A DNA stretch of 58,589 nucleotides, filler included, from Dirinaria sp. TL-2023a (Eukaryota): the NCBI GenBank assembly GCA_051941275.1. It is 4 parts of 4 records of this genome, joined end to end, with 100 filler letters (N's around TTAATTAATTAA, not from the genome) between each part and the next. Parts side by side here need not be neighbours in the genome. Positions count along the whole stretch, not along the records: positions 14,704 to 29,284 come from JAVEBF010000596.1; positions 29,385 to 43,943 come from JAVEBF010000597.1; 2 more parts are not named here. One strand, 5' to 3'. Positions 23,601 through 35,921 of the stretch are shown piece after piece. Position 1 is the first letter of the stretch. Each line of letters starts with the position of its first letter. The notes under the pieces are model-generated. The model saw only the letters and a program-made list of their open reading frames with translations, was not told the DNA's origin and searched no databases. Position numbers and translations under genes: made by a program.

Positions 23601-25554
23601 ACAAGGATTAATATGGGGTGCGGTGGGTAAGGCACTAGCTACCATTCCGCTGGAAACGTGGCACCCCTTGGGCCCTTAAATCGCAGGGGATTCATGTACG
23701 AATGGCGTGCATGGAGGGATGATGTACATTACATGATCAGGTCAAAGCTCCTGGAGGATCGCTATTCCTCCGAGAGCTACCTTATGATCACATTCTCGAA
23801 AGCTGGATTGCTCGATCCCCAGGCTCAGTGTGCAAGTGAGATACCTGAATAATCAGCTTTGCTGCGGAATGGTGAGGGCCGTTCAGGGGTCCTATCCGAA
23901 GTGCCGGGTTGGGACTAGCTGAAGAAAAAAAAAAGAGCGAACCTGGAGACCAGTCAGATTTAGGGTACGGGGCTAGACAGGGCTATGAGGTCAGATCACC
24001 CACCGCGAACCGCGACACATGGGGAACTACGCGCAAAAGGAGAAAAGTGGGTGGGTGGAAGCTTCGAATGGGCGGCCCTCTTGGCGCCAAGCGACGCATG
24101 ACGGTGCAAATCAGGCACAAGCGAAGTCAATCGCATCCAGCAGGTGATGCGGCTCGTTTGGGAGACTGAGGGTGTGTGGAACGGTGGGATGAGAGCGGCG
24201 ACTGGCTCGATCATTGGTTCGTGGGAATCGACAGTTGGTGGGCAACTCGGAGGAATATGGGTATTCTTGGTATTTGTACGCAACATGACGCGGCAGACAA
24301 TAATGCAATGCAGGTCGAGAGTGAGGCGACGGGGACTGAGTCAGGACAAAGGGGTACGGGAGTAAGATAGTTTGCGGAGCTATTGCTGCAATCGAGGATT
24401 TTTGGTCATGCCGAGCAGAGTGCCAATAGAGTGCCAATACAGTACCTAGCCAATACAGTAGCCCATACAGTAAGGTAGTAGTGGAAGGGACGGTAAGCGT
24501 AAGAGTAGGGTAGGGTACCTAGGTGAGGTAGGTGTTGGTCAGGTAATCTCGGTGTGCCCGCCTTCAGTGACCTGACAGGCCCTTTTTTTTGATCAAAACT
24601 TGGAATTTGTGTTACGGGGGGGGGTTTGGCCCGGGGCAAAACCTGCCCTGCTTAGTTGTTTCTCAAGCTCAGCCCTCGGTCTTTCTTCCTTCGATTTTGG
24701 TTTGTTCAACAGGAAAAGCACTCTCTGAGGTGGAACCTACCTTACCTAATCTACCTTACCTACCTTACCTCACCTCACCTTTAACGGTTAACCCCTGTTT
24801 CCCATCGCATATGCAGCCTCTCTGCAACTCACGTAAATCTCCATCTGCGTGCAAAACCCTACAGCCTACCTTACAGGCACTCGTACCTAGTACCTGGACT
24901 AGGTACCACTTACCGTTACCTGTCACCTTACCTGCTTTACCTACCCACCTACCTTACTCATCATTCAATTTTTTTCATCCCCCATTCTTCCCATACACCC
25001 ATCATTCACCAAATCCCCCCCCTCCTTCTACACCTGAACAATCCCACTCCTTCTTTGTCGATGCACATAGCCCCCGCCGTTTCTACAAATATAGTCACAC
25101 TCCCTCGGTTCTTCGCCTTCTTCTGCTTCTTCTTCATCATCTTCATCATCATCAAATTGTTCAATTCTTCTGCACGAATCGTTAGACACGATCCCAACGC
25201 TCCTTGTTTGAAAACTTGCCCATCGAACTCATCAATTCACTGCGCTTGCGCTTGCTCCGCCTATTCGTCGACCCAAACAGGAACGTTTCATCGCAGTCAA
25301 CATCTTGAAACCGATCGGAGCCCAGCAACATCCACCGTTTGGGCCTGCCCGCGCCCCAAGCCTCACTTGTCACCCTCCGCATTCTACCGCTCAAGTCTTG
25401 TCTTCCAGAGGGCGAGATGCAGCAAACGGATTGCCTAGTTACATAGCATGACCACTGCTCAACGACATGTCTCTGTTTCCACTGGCCACTAGGCGGTACC
25501 GGAGAATGCAGACAAACTTCTGAAAATACCTGCTCGGCAATTGCGCAACACAGG

Positions 25555-28500
25555 ATGGCGCCGTCCGCAACAACTCCCCTGCCAATCTTGACCAATGGCT
25601 CGTGCAAGCAAGGCTGCCAGTCCCCCATGTCCTCGCCGTTTGCTTCGAGGCAGCAGGTCAATACAAACGTCCCTCTTACGTCAACACCGGTTTCCACTCT
25701 GACCCCAGCGGCCTCGTCATCCACCACTCCCGCAACTACATCAATTCAGTCATCTCCGGATGGTCTTCGAGGCCGTTATCCTTCTTTCCCCGACCCCCCG
25801 ACCCCTCTGCAATTGCCTGAGCCTACAACGGCTTTACCAGTCTCCCCCAGGCAGAGTGCTATGAGTGAAGCAGTGGCAATCAGCAAGGGGCCGGGCTTGA
25901 TACGAAGAATATCCCAGGGCGCTCAAAGTGCAACCTACCGCTTGCGGCGGCGGACATCCTCAAATCATGTTGCTAGCCGGGAACAGAGTTCGGGACCTGT
26001 CATCATGCGCCGAAGAAGCTGCAGCAAAAGCGAAGCTGGCACGGACGGCGGCCTCATGGGTTCAGACTTGGAAGAGGGTCACGAAGATCGACCCCAGAGC
26101 CCCAACGGTTTGCTGGGACTTGGGCTCTCCGCAGATGGACTCAGTCCAGACGACTCCCTGCCTAGAGCTGTAAAATGTCTCACAGAAGGCGGCATTGCAC
26201 CAATCGTCCCACCACTGCTGCGTGCGGGTACCATACTGACCAAGGTGACCAAGAACAAACGGAAGAATATGAAGTTTGTCTTGGACACGGACACTGGCAA
26301 AGTGTGTTGGGATAAGTCGAACATTTCGAAGAGGTTCTACCTTGACGACATTCATTACATACGACTTCAGAAAGATGCTCGTAATTACAGAGAGGAATTC
26401 CAAGTGCCTCCGGACGTAGAATCCCGTTGGTTCACTATCATATACGCTGATCAGCAACGATCCAAGGGACGGCATCTCAAGACTATGCATCTCATTGCTC
26501 CCAATCAGTATACGTTCGAACTTTGGACATCTACCCTTGAGGAGCTCACCAATTACAGACACGACCTTATGGCTGGACTTGTAGGTCAGGACGAGAAGAT
26601 ACTCAAGGGTCATTGGCGGCGCGAGATGGAAAAGATCTTCAAAGGAGCCCTGCGTTCGGAGGATGAAGAGAACTTGGATCTCGCGGGGGTCGAAAGCCTC
26701 TGCCGCAGTTTGCATATCTGGTGTTCGAAGAATGTCCTTCGGGCCCAGTTCGGAAAAGCTGATGCTGACGATACTGGCTATCTCAATTTCCTCCAGTTCA
26801 AAGATTTCGTAAGACGTCTCAAATATCGCACAGACATCAAGGAGATCTATAAGACGATCACTGAGAAGGACTCAGACGTCATGGACCTGGACCACTTCTT
26901 GCTGTTTCTGCAAGATACACAGCGGATTGATATCAATGCAAAAAGGGATTACTGGACCAAGGTGTTTACAAAGTTCGCAGTCAAATCAGGCTCTTCAAGT
27001 CCAATCCTGCCGGGACCCTCGGAAGTCTCTACATTAAAAATGGACTTCAGAGCTTTCTCAAGTTTCATCTGCTCGGAGCACTGTAAGATCCGCGAACAAG
27101 AGGGGCCAGCATACAAGTTGGAGCGGCCACTGAACGAATATTTTATCTCGAGTTCCCACAATACTTACTTGCTCGGACGCCAAGTTGGGGGAAGCTCCAG
27201 TGTGGAAGGGTACATTACAGCATTGCAAAGACGCTGCCGATGTATCGAGATTGACTGTTGGGATGGTGATGACGGCCGCCCGATTGTCAAGCACGGGAAA
27301 ACTTGGTCAGACTCGGTACCCTTCGCCGATTGCATCTCTGTTATTGCGGAGTATGCGTTCAAGACATCTCCCTATCCTCTTACTCTGTCACTTGAGGTCC
27401 ACTGCAACGCTGAACAGCAGCAGATCATGGTCGACATAATGGTTGAGAAACTTGAAGAGTGGCTCATTCAGGAGCCTTTGATGACCAACGCCCTCACCCT
27501 TCCTTCCCCCGAGGAACTCCGTCATAAGATACTTGTCAAAGTCAAAGCTGGCCTGAGGCCGAAACAAGCGCCAGATACAATTCCAAAGAATCGCGACCGA
27601 AGCTTGAGTTCACCGTTCTCCAGGCCGCAAGTCCTCGATAATAATATTATCCCGCAGGGCGTCGCTTTGCCGAGTCCCCCATCAATGAGTCCTCCCGATC
27701 ACGCCGATTCCTGGCTGGTCGGCAGAGGCTCGATGACGACGACCAGTATGAGCAGTGCCGATGACAGCGACGTCGGACAAGACGCGACACTGCGTCCCAA
27801 CAAACGGCCGAGCAAGCAAAAGAGCAAGATTATAAGCTCCCTCGGCAAGCTCGGCGTTTATACTCAAGGCGTGAAGTTAAACTCGTTCGCTTCCTATGAA
27901 AGCCGGACGTACAACCACGTGTATTCCCTTTCAGAAAAGAAGTTTGCGAAGCTTGGTAATACTGCTGAAGGTAAAGCGCAGGTAGAGAAGCACAACATGC
28001 GTTACCTAATGCGCGTCTACCCTGGCTGGAACAGGGTCACCTCAGATAATCCGGACCCGCTAATGTTCTGGCGACGGGGCGTTCAGATGGTTGCGTTAAA
28101 TTGGCAGACGTACGACCTGGGCATGCAGATGAACGACGCAATGTTTGCTTCAGGATCAGATCGTTCCGGCTACGTCTTGAAGCCTGACGAGCTACGATTG
28201 TCATCAGCGTTAGCGGAGCCTAAGCCGACAGTACCAGGGGCGTCCAAGATCCAACGCAAATTTATCCACTTCTCTGTTGATGTAATATCCGCTCAGCAAT
28301 TACCACGGCCAATTCGTATGAGCCCGGATGAGATCCTCGATCCCTATGTCGAGATCGAGATGTTCAGCGCTGAAGATAAGGGCAAAGGTCTCGCTGCTGG
28401 TGAAGGTGGCCAGGACGCTTCGGCTCGTAACGGCATGTCTGGGATAGGGTCACCACATCGTCGAAGAACTCCTGTGGTCCAAGCGAATGGGTTTAATCCG

Positions 28501-29037
28501 ATCTTCGACGAGCCCTTTAAACTTTCTTTGGACACGAAGTATCCGGACCTTGTTTTCGTGAGATGGACAGTATGGAATTCACCCGATGGGCAAAAGAATG
28601 CCAATAGCGCGAACGCCGATCCGCTGGCAACGTTCACCGCGAAGCTGAGCACTCTCGAGGAAGGCTACCGTCACCTTCCATTATTTGACCACAACGGCGA
28701 CCAATTCCTCTTCGCCACGCTGTTCTGCAAAATCAAGAAAGAGGAACCCATTACAATTGAGGCCGAGGAGCCGGCCGCAGAAAAGCCGGGCCGGTTCCGA
28801 TCTATCAGTCAAGCTGTGCTGAAGAGAACTCTCTCTGTCGAGAAAAGGACCCCTCGAGATCCAGATCGACGAAATGGGGGCAAGGTGGAAAAGAAGGGCT
28901 CCCGGATTTTTGGGACTCGCAACACCAACGGGAATGAGAGGAAGTCTAGTACAAACGGCACCGGACCGCATTTGAACGGCGCAGAAATCCCATTTAAAAA
29001 CCGACCGGACAACAGCTCTACCACGAACAGCGACTGA
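25555..29037 (+). CDS. PLC1: Phosphoinositide-specific phospholipase C (PH, EF-hand, X, Y, C2 domains)
   Basis: Intronless 1160-aa ORF. X-box YFISSSHNTYL...CIEIDCWDG...LSLEVHC, Y-box MRVYP...GVQMVALNWQT...GYVLKP, and C2 VISAQQLP...GYRHLPL. Confidence 0.95.
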   Translation: MAPSATTPLPILTNGSCKQGCQSPMSSPFASRQQVNTNVPLTSTPVSTLTPAASSSTTPATTSIQSSPDGLRGRYPSFPDPPTPLQLPEPTTALPVSPRQSAMSEAVAISKGPGLIRRISQGAQSATYRLRRRTSSNHVASREQSSGPVIMRRRSCSKSEAGTDGGLMGSDLEEGHEDRPQSPNGLLGLGLSADGLSPDDSLPRAVKCLTEGGIAPIVPPLLRAGTILTKVTKNKRKNMKFVLDTDTGKVCWDKSNISKRFYLDDIHYIRLQKDARNYREEFQVPPDVESRWFTIIYADQQRSKGRHLKTMHLIAPNQYTFELWTSTLEELTNYRHDLMAGLVGQDEKILKGHWRREMEKIFKGALRSEDEENLDLAGVESLCRSLHIWCSKNVLRAQFGKADADDTGYLNFLQFKDFVRRLKYRTDIKEIYKTITEKDSDVMDLDHFLLFLQDTQRIDINAKRDYWTKVFTKFAVKSGSSSPILPGPSEVSTLKMDFRAFSSFICSEHCKIREQEGPAYKLERPLNEYFISSSHNTYLLGRQVGGSSSVEGYITALQRRCRCIEIDCWDGDDGRPIVKHGKTWSDSVPFADCISVIAEYAFKTSPYPLTLSLEVHCNAEQQQIMVDIMVEKLEEWLIQEPLMTNALTLPSPEELRHKILVKVKAGLRPKQAPDTIPKNRDRSLSSPFSRPQVLDNNIIPQGVALPSPPSMSPPDHADSWLVGRGSMTTTSMSSADDSDVGQDATLRPNKRPSKQKSKIISSLGKLGVYTQGVKLNSFASYESRTYNHVYSLSEKKFAKLGNTAEGKAQVEKHNMRYLMRVYPGWNRVTSDNPDPLMFWRRGVQMVALNWQTYDLGMQMNDAMFASGSDRSGYVLKPDELRLSSALAEPKPTVPGASKIQRKFIHFSVDVISAQQLPRPIRMSPDEILDPYVEIEMFSAEDKGKGLAAGEGGQDASARNGMSGIGSPHRRRTPVVQANGFNPIFDEPFKLSLDTKYPDLVFVRWTVWNSPDGQKNANSANADPLATFTAKLSTLEEGYRHLPLFDHNGDQFLFATLFCKIKKEEPITIEAEEPAAEKPGRFRSISQAVLKRTLSVEKRTPRDPDRRNGGKVEKKGSRIFGTRNTNGNERKSSTNGTGPHLNGAEIPFKNRPDNSSTTNSD

Positions 29038-29284
29038 GCGCTGCTGAGCTACCTACTCGATCTTTGCATTTCATCACGGTGTTCTTGGAGAATTTTACGA
29101 AGACCCGCTTTGCATTCAGCGGAAGAATATACCCCTTGGACGGCACTATTTGATTCATGGTAATTGGGACATGTGCATGTAAGAAGAAAGGCCCCCAAGT
29201 CCGAACACCTTGAAGGTCATTCGCTTGCTATCGCCATACATATATTGTAAACAGTCGCTACATGTTTTTTTTTTTTTTTTTTTT

Positions 29285-29384
29285 NNNNNNNNNNNNNNNN
29301 NNNNNNNNNNNNNNNNNNNNNNNNNNNNTTAATTAATTAANNNNNNNNNNNNNNNNNNNNNNNNNNNNNNNNNNNNNNNNNNNN
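29285..29384. other. artificial contig spacer N44-TTAATTAATTAA-N44
   Basis: Same linker; preceded by a 20-T run (29265-29284). Confidence 0.98.
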
Positions 29385-31748
29385 CTCCACATCCTTCCTC
29401 CTCCCCTTCCGCCCCACAACCCTCTGATCCCTCGGATCGAACCCTCCATTCCCCCACAGCGCCCACTCAGGCGTAGGCTGCTGTCGGTCGACATAATCCT
29501 CGGGCCCAAAAGCTCCCCCCCGATCCAAACACTTAAAAAACCCCTCGTAATCGATCCTCGTGCACCAGGCGCCGTTGATGAAGAACCGCCGTGTATCAGC
29601 GAGCAGGATGCAGCAGCTGTGCGCGTGCTCGGCGGCGATGCCGTAGTCGAGCCCCTCCCTGGCGCGCAAGGCCTCGTGCAGGGAACGGGCGAAGGCGGCG
29701 ATCTCGGTATAGAAGGGGACATTTTGCATTGTTAGACCCGAGGAAGAGGAGGAGGAGCCGCAGTAAGTGACGCCTTTGATTTCGATGAAGCATGGCAGTC
29801 CCCTGGCTACCAGGGCGGCGTATTCGCTGGCTGCGTTGTCGTCGAGATTGAAGCCTTTGACGAGAGTGAGGCGGAAGACGGTGCGGGTGGTGGTGCGTTT
29901 TTCGCGCAGGATGTCTAGGCAGGACTGGAATCGGGTCCAGGAGTCGCGGTGCAGGGGCCGGTCGATGCGTCGGAGGTCCCGCTCGTTGCTGGCGTCGATG
30001 CTGACGTACAGCTGGGTCACGGGTTTCAGGGCGCGGAGTTGCTCCGGGTGCTGCGCGTTGCAGACGAGGAAGCTGCTGATTCTTTCCGAGTGCAGGAGGT
30101 GGAGGAATTCATTGATGTGTGGGTAGAAGATGGGCTCGCCGACGAGGCTGAGGGCACAGTGCCGGATGCGTAGGGCTTCTTGGAAGCGTTCTGCTCGCAC
30201 ACCGGGGACACCACGCATCATTTTGATTTTTTGCAGGTGCGCGGCTTTGGCTTGCTCGAATATCATGTCTGGCGGGTCGACTTTCCAGCGCCAGGTTGTG
30301 CCTACTGGGTTCGTGCCGTGCCGCCAGCAGAAGACGCATTTGTTCGAGCAGGATAGCGATGGCGTGGTTTCCATGCAGAGATGGCTTTGGATCCCGTAGA
30401 AGCTGTATTTGTAACAGGAGCCCCGGCCGCGGAGCGCGGATTTGGTCCAGCGACAGATCTTGACGCCCGAGTGGCTTCCGATGATGGCGTAGCCTTGTTT
30501 TGTGAGCGCAGCGTGGGTCGGAGAAGAGACTGGGACCATTTCTTTGGGTTCGGGTTCAGGTTCGATAGAGGATGGCTTGCCAACTGTGGTAAAATCGGTC
30601 GGAATGGGGGGGCTTGAACGAGCTTGGTCTCCGAGATCCTCCAAGTCGTTGATACTGGAGTTCTTCTTGACCTTTCGCCGGAACGGACGGCTCTTGGAAT
30701 TTCCCATTGATTCTAAGCTGGCTTCTTTGACAGCTTCCCCGTCACTTTCAAGCGGGTCACCGCTGCCTGGGACTCCTTCTCCCAGATGGCCATTGATTGC
30801 AATGTCTGACATGGTCTTTCTGACACCTTCCCTCCATTCAGCAAGTCTTTGGACTGAATCTGATTTGACATCTCCAAGGCCCAGCGGGAACGCTCTCTTG
30901 CGGCCAGTCAGCTTTGCCATCCATTTATCCACTTCTACCGCTTGTGAACAGAAACCCTCCTCTTCCGTCTTCCAGCTTTCCTTGTCTCCGAAGCCAAAAA
31001 CGGAGTACCCAGCGAGACCGGATAATGGGGCAGTATCGATGCGGAAGTCATGATGGGTTTCTCGAAGATGGTCGGTGAAATTGTTTAACACGGTATCAAT
31101 GTTGTAGGTTGGTATGACGAGAAGATAGAAATAATCAATGCCCAATTGAGGAGTGTTGGGTTTTGGCGGCTTCGTGAAGTAGTCATCGTATTCAATGTAG
31201 GATAAATCGTGTAATTCAGGGGCCAGGACGCTTATAGGACTATCTGATTGAGGCGCTCTCGTGTCACCGAGATCTTCTGCTAATTGCCTTGCGGATTTTT
31301 CCGTAGTACCGGTCAGAGACGAGAAGAAGATAAGTGGTTGCAATTTTGTCTCAATTTTACTTCTTGATGTCTTTTCTCTGGGGACCCTGGAGCCCAAGAC
31401 CCGCTTTGGATTGGCAAGTTTCCTGGGCCGTTCTTTGACAACTTCGGTAGCTGTCCCTGCATTATGGACTATCGAGGTATGAGAAATTGGGAGTTTCAGC
31501 TGAACACCGGACAGCGCTTTGCTTTCGCCTTCTGGAGGACTCTTGAAACCATTACCAATCTTACGTTGGGAGGAGGAATTTGGTGATGTAGCGATTGGCT
31601 TTGACCGCCGTGTCCGCCAGTCGAGAAATATCCGGATCGCAAGGAGGACAATGGGTATCGTCACTAAGGCGGGAAATCGGTAGACGTGCCACGCATCGAA
31701 TGTTATGGAGAGCTTCTCGACAGAGGCTCGTCCGGGTGCATCTCCCAT
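29385..31748 (-). CDS. TYW1: tRNA 4-demethylwyosine synthase (flavodoxin + radical SAM); 3' end cut by the contig end
   Basis: N-terminal TM segment, flavodoxin SLTGTTE...VFGFGD, then HSGVKICRWTK, GSCYK, radical-SAM CSNKCVFCWR, ALSLVGEP, IEIKGVTYCG and TPEWA...GFDP. No stop before the spacer. Confidence 0.95.
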
Positions 31749-32027
31749 TGCTGGTCAGAAGCGACCTCAAATGATACTATCTTACGGAGATGTGGGGAAG
31801 GGCACGGAGGGGTTTTGAAGTGCTCGGCTGACCTTCGGCCTTGGCGTTTATCTACAGTACCTCGACCTTTAGCTATGTATGTTGACGTTCTCATCTACGC
31901 GCTTTCTCATGGTCCCCATCTCAAAATTTTGTAATTTGCTGCAGCTATGAGAAGCAGGCTATATATTTTTGATCGAGTCACCTCGAGGATCTGAAGCTTT
32001 GCTTTTGTCCACTTACTATTTGCCAAC

Positions 32028-33026
32028 ATGGATTTCCCCAATCACTGCGAGGACCTGACCGCTCCTGGCTACTTCAACTTTGGTCTCTCAATGTGAATCT
32101 CTCTCTCTCTTTCAAAGCCGGCGATGTGGCCGATCTGCGGGATCAAGCTTATCATATATGAACAGTTTTATCCTCCTCGGCATCCTTGTATCCTATCTCC
32201 CGCAACATGTTCGTATCATTGCCCGCCGATCATCGCAAGGCATCTCTCCCTACTTCGTCCTCCTAGGCACGACATCCGGAACATGCGCTTTCGCAAATAT
32301 CATTACCCAGCCCGCAAGCCGTGCAGACTTGGCCTGCTGTAGAGAAGTCAGTGGTTTCGAGTGTTTCGCCGGCCTGCTAGGTGTCGCACAAGTAGGCGTA
32401 CAATGGGGCTGTTTTTGGTTCATGTAGGTCCTTGGCTGGGCGCCATGAATGAGCCCCAAACAGAGCTGATGGCATGCAGTCTTCTTCTCTTTCTTACTTT
32501 CTTCCCACGTGCAACATCCCACAAACCGCTCTCTCAGCACGCACCCACCTACCGCCTGGCCCTGACTATAACTCTTGTATGCCTCCTGCATCTCTTGCTC
32601 ACTGTGATGGTCACGATTGCCATCTGGTACTTTGATCCTGCTCACCTTTATGCTCTCGCTGCAGTACTCGGCGTCGTTGGGACGCTCTTGGCTGCCGTGC
32701 AATTTCTTCCGCAAATATATACCACCTGGCAGCTACAAGAGATTGGCAGTCTGAGTATTCCGATGATGTGCATACAGACGCCAGGTAGTTTTGTGTGGGT
32801 TGGAAGCTTGGCTGCCAGGCTGGGCTGGCCCGGTTGGAGTACATGGGGAATCTATTTGGTTACAGGGTGTCTTCAAGGCATGCTCCTAATCATGGCAATA
32901 AGCTTTGAAATCCGAGATAGAAAGCAAAAGAGAGACGGAGTCGCAATATCGGAGCCGAACGGACACGCCCGCCAGGAGAACGAGCAGCATGATGAAACGA
33001 CTAGGCTACTAAGTGACGAGCATTGA
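32028..33026 (+). CDS. PQ-loop repeat membrane protein; exons 32028-32092, 32166-32423, 32480-33026
   Basis: Two PQ motifs (VSYLPQH, QFLPQI...GSLSIPM) and multiple TM helices. Introns 32093-32165 and 32424-32479 join the frames. Confidence 0.88.
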
Positions 33027-34189
33027 CTACGAAAGTATCTCCACAGTCACGACTCAATATCAATGCACAAAAGCCTGTTCAATGCTCCGCTCCGCCGACC
33101 AGCCGTGGTGACGTTCGCAGCCGCTCGAACTATACCGAAGCTCTAACATCAAGATCCTGTTGATCCTTGTCTATTCTGCAGGCCATCAGCTATTACTTCA
33201 TGCTCTGCAGCCTCGAGACATGTACGTCGGCACGCGATAGGCTTCGCGCATGGACCCACGGAGTACCTGGTATACAATCCGACTAAGGGATCATGAGAGA
33301 GCGCTTGAGGAAGCAGCTTTGAACAGGCCCTTGGACAACAGGTCGGTCTTGTCCGGCGGAGCCGACAACCGAGCCTCAATGACCGTTTGATACTGATCAA
33401 CCGACATTGCACCAATCATAAGGTGCGAACGATGAGCATCCGCTGCGAGAGCAAATGTCAGACAAGGGCTTACCGTATGCGCTCCTGGATGCGAAGTTTA
33501 GCCGAAGTAGCTGATGATGCAAAGTTGAGGCGCGATCACGCAACTCCCAACATCATGGGAAACCTGCAAGGCTAAGCCGCCGGGACCTGGCGGCACTCAT
33601 GCGTAACATCGATCCTTGCAGCGGAGGAGGCTCAATAGCTGCATCTGGGATGACCAAGGTGAAGGTGGCGTCCCCACACCTTTCTAGAAAGCCGTTGGAG
33701 AAATCTGACAAAATGGATGAATGCTTCGGAACGCCTGATAAGACAGCCGAATCACCTTATGTTCCGCTAGAATTGTACGACATGAAGGCCCAAATATGGT
33801 CCATCCAAAGCGTCATCACGCGTCTCAGCGGCCTTTGTTCCATTCCGGGTCTGACGAATGCGCGAGAGGATAGTCTAAGCACTCTGACCGCTTTGACAAC
33901 TTCTGCTAGTCAGACGTGTAGGGGTGTTGTTGGCGCTTCATTGCGCTTCAGTCGACGATGACTTGCACTTCCCTTGCTTGCGTGCTCGCCCCTCAGAATG
34001 ATGCCAATGTACTTTCAGCAATTTATTGCGCTCAATCCCGTTTGTTCTTTGTGTAGATTCTCTTTTTGCCCGTCTTGCAGAACGTCATCTTTTTCCCTTG
34101 CACGCTCGGGCGGCTCTGCAACACTTGACTTTTTTCTTGCATCCATCTCATTGCCAATCTGGAAAGAGAGTTATTATTGTAGTTGAACC

Positions 34190-35495
34190 ATGGCGCCCTC
34201 GCTGGTCGAACCAGTCTTCTCTGCCCATTTGGGTGGCACTAAATCAAAGCATGACCTAACCTCCACCCAAGGTCTCAAAAGCTCCAACATCCAAACCTAC
34301 GAGCCAGGCCGTACTGTCATCGAAGACCACGAGTCGTACGAACACGAGCACCTGCTGCCCACCTTTCCAGACGTGAAATGGGAGCCCCTCGAAGAAGTAC
34401 CTTACAATGATAGAGGCATTAATGGCGATCCAGAATTCCGCAACCTCCTCGCCGAGGCGACGGACATTTTCGACTACACCCCAAAAATCGGTACCGAGAT
34501 ACTCGGCGTGAACCTGGCCAAACTCACAGCGGCACAGAAGGATGACTTGGCTCGGCTGATTGCCACCCGTGGTGTTGTGTTTTTCAGAGATCAAACCGAT
34601 TTAGATATTGAAGCTCAGCGCGAACTTGGACAGTACTTTGGAAAGCTGCATAAGCATGCTACGACATCCGTTCCCCAAGAGCCAGGCTTAGAAGACGTTC
34701 ATGTCGTTTACACGGACGAGAAGTCAAAAGACCAGAGGGCCAAGTTTGCACCGATATTTCTCTGGCATTCGGATGTAAGGCGACATTCCCAGTTCAATCG
34801 CCACAACCACTGATAGCATTAGGTCACGTACGAGCTTCAACCGCTCTCATACACTAGCTTGAAGCTACTCACCGGCCCTCCTCGTGGTGGAGGCGGTGAT
34901 ACGCTCTGGGCGTCTCAATATGCTGTCTACGATGCTTTGTCGAAACCCATGCAACGATACCTCGAAAGCCTCACGGCATTGCACTCGGCCGAGGTTCAAG
35001 CTACAGGATCGAGGGCAGTGGGTCGTGCTGTGCGTCGGGATCCAGTCACCACGGAGCATCCGTTGGTCCGTACCAACCCAGTCACAGGCTGGAAGTCGGT
35101 ATTCTTCAACCCGGGCTTCGTCACCCAGATCGTCGGTGTTCCCAAGACCGAGAGTGATGCCATCATAAACTACCTTAACGAAGTTATTTCTACCACACAA
35201 GAGCTTCATGTACGGTTTCAGTGGAGGAAGAATGATGTGGCCTTTTGGGATAATCGAGTTTGCGTTCGTCATCTTGAATGATCTTGGCGTTTGGCAGTTG
35301 GCTGATGCATCACAGAATCATTCTGCGTCTTACGGATTCGCACCGCATCGTCGGCACGCTGTCCGCGTTGGATGCCAGGGAGAGCGTCCGACCTTCGATC
35401 CGAAGGGCACATCTCAGGAGGAAGAGTACATTTCTCGGTATAGATTACCCCAAGTCAACAAAGACGGGTCCGGTCAATCAAATTACAACGACTAA
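34190..35495 (+). CDS. TauD/Jlp1-like alpha-ketoglutarate-dependent sulfonate dioxygenase; exons 34190-34774, 34823-35263, 35316-35495
   Basis: TPKIGTEI, RGVVFFRDQ, spliced WHSDVTYE (HxD), GGDTLW, HPLVRTNP and spliced WDNRVCNH...RHAVR. Confidence 0.92.
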
Positions 35496-35921
35496 GCGTC
35501 AATCGCCCACATGGCGCGAATCCTGGAGAGGGGAAAACAATGGATCCCTCATTGCTCATGCTGTGCGCTTGAGCTCATCCATGCCTCAGCGAGCAAGCGC
35601 TTTACCTCCAAAAGTGCTTGAAGCTCCACATGCAGGTCCTCAATGTAAAATAGAATAGATATGATTAAATAAGGCCATCACAATCCTCCTTTCCCTTGCA
35701 AGGCCATCAGAACAGCTCGCGACTTATGCGGCCCACGTCTTCTCTCCCCAAAATTCTCATCTACTGTATCCTCGACGTCGTTTTAAACACAGGGCTTGGC
35801 AGCCAGTCAATCCCTAGTCTATCTCTTCTATTACCACACCTAGAAACTGCTTACTCCCACTGTAAGCCATCATCTCTTCTATTTGGGATATCGAGCATAA
35901 TTAGGCCGTTTGCTATTCATA

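Noticed and set aside
24538..24590. GTCAGGT...ACCTGAC stem plus T-run as a Pol III RNA or intrinsic terminator
   Set aside because: Short stem, no tRNA cloverleaf or A/B boxes; bacterial terminators do not apply here.
20651..25400. Many 60-198 aa ORFs in the IMP4-PLC1 interval, including 24589-25185
   Set aside because: No recognisable motifs or coherent splice structure; products reflect low-complexity DNA.
33998..34007. ATGATGCCAA as a CYS-3/MetR site upstream of the sulfonate dioxygenase
   Set aside because: A single 9/10 match to ATGRYRYCAT is expected by chance.
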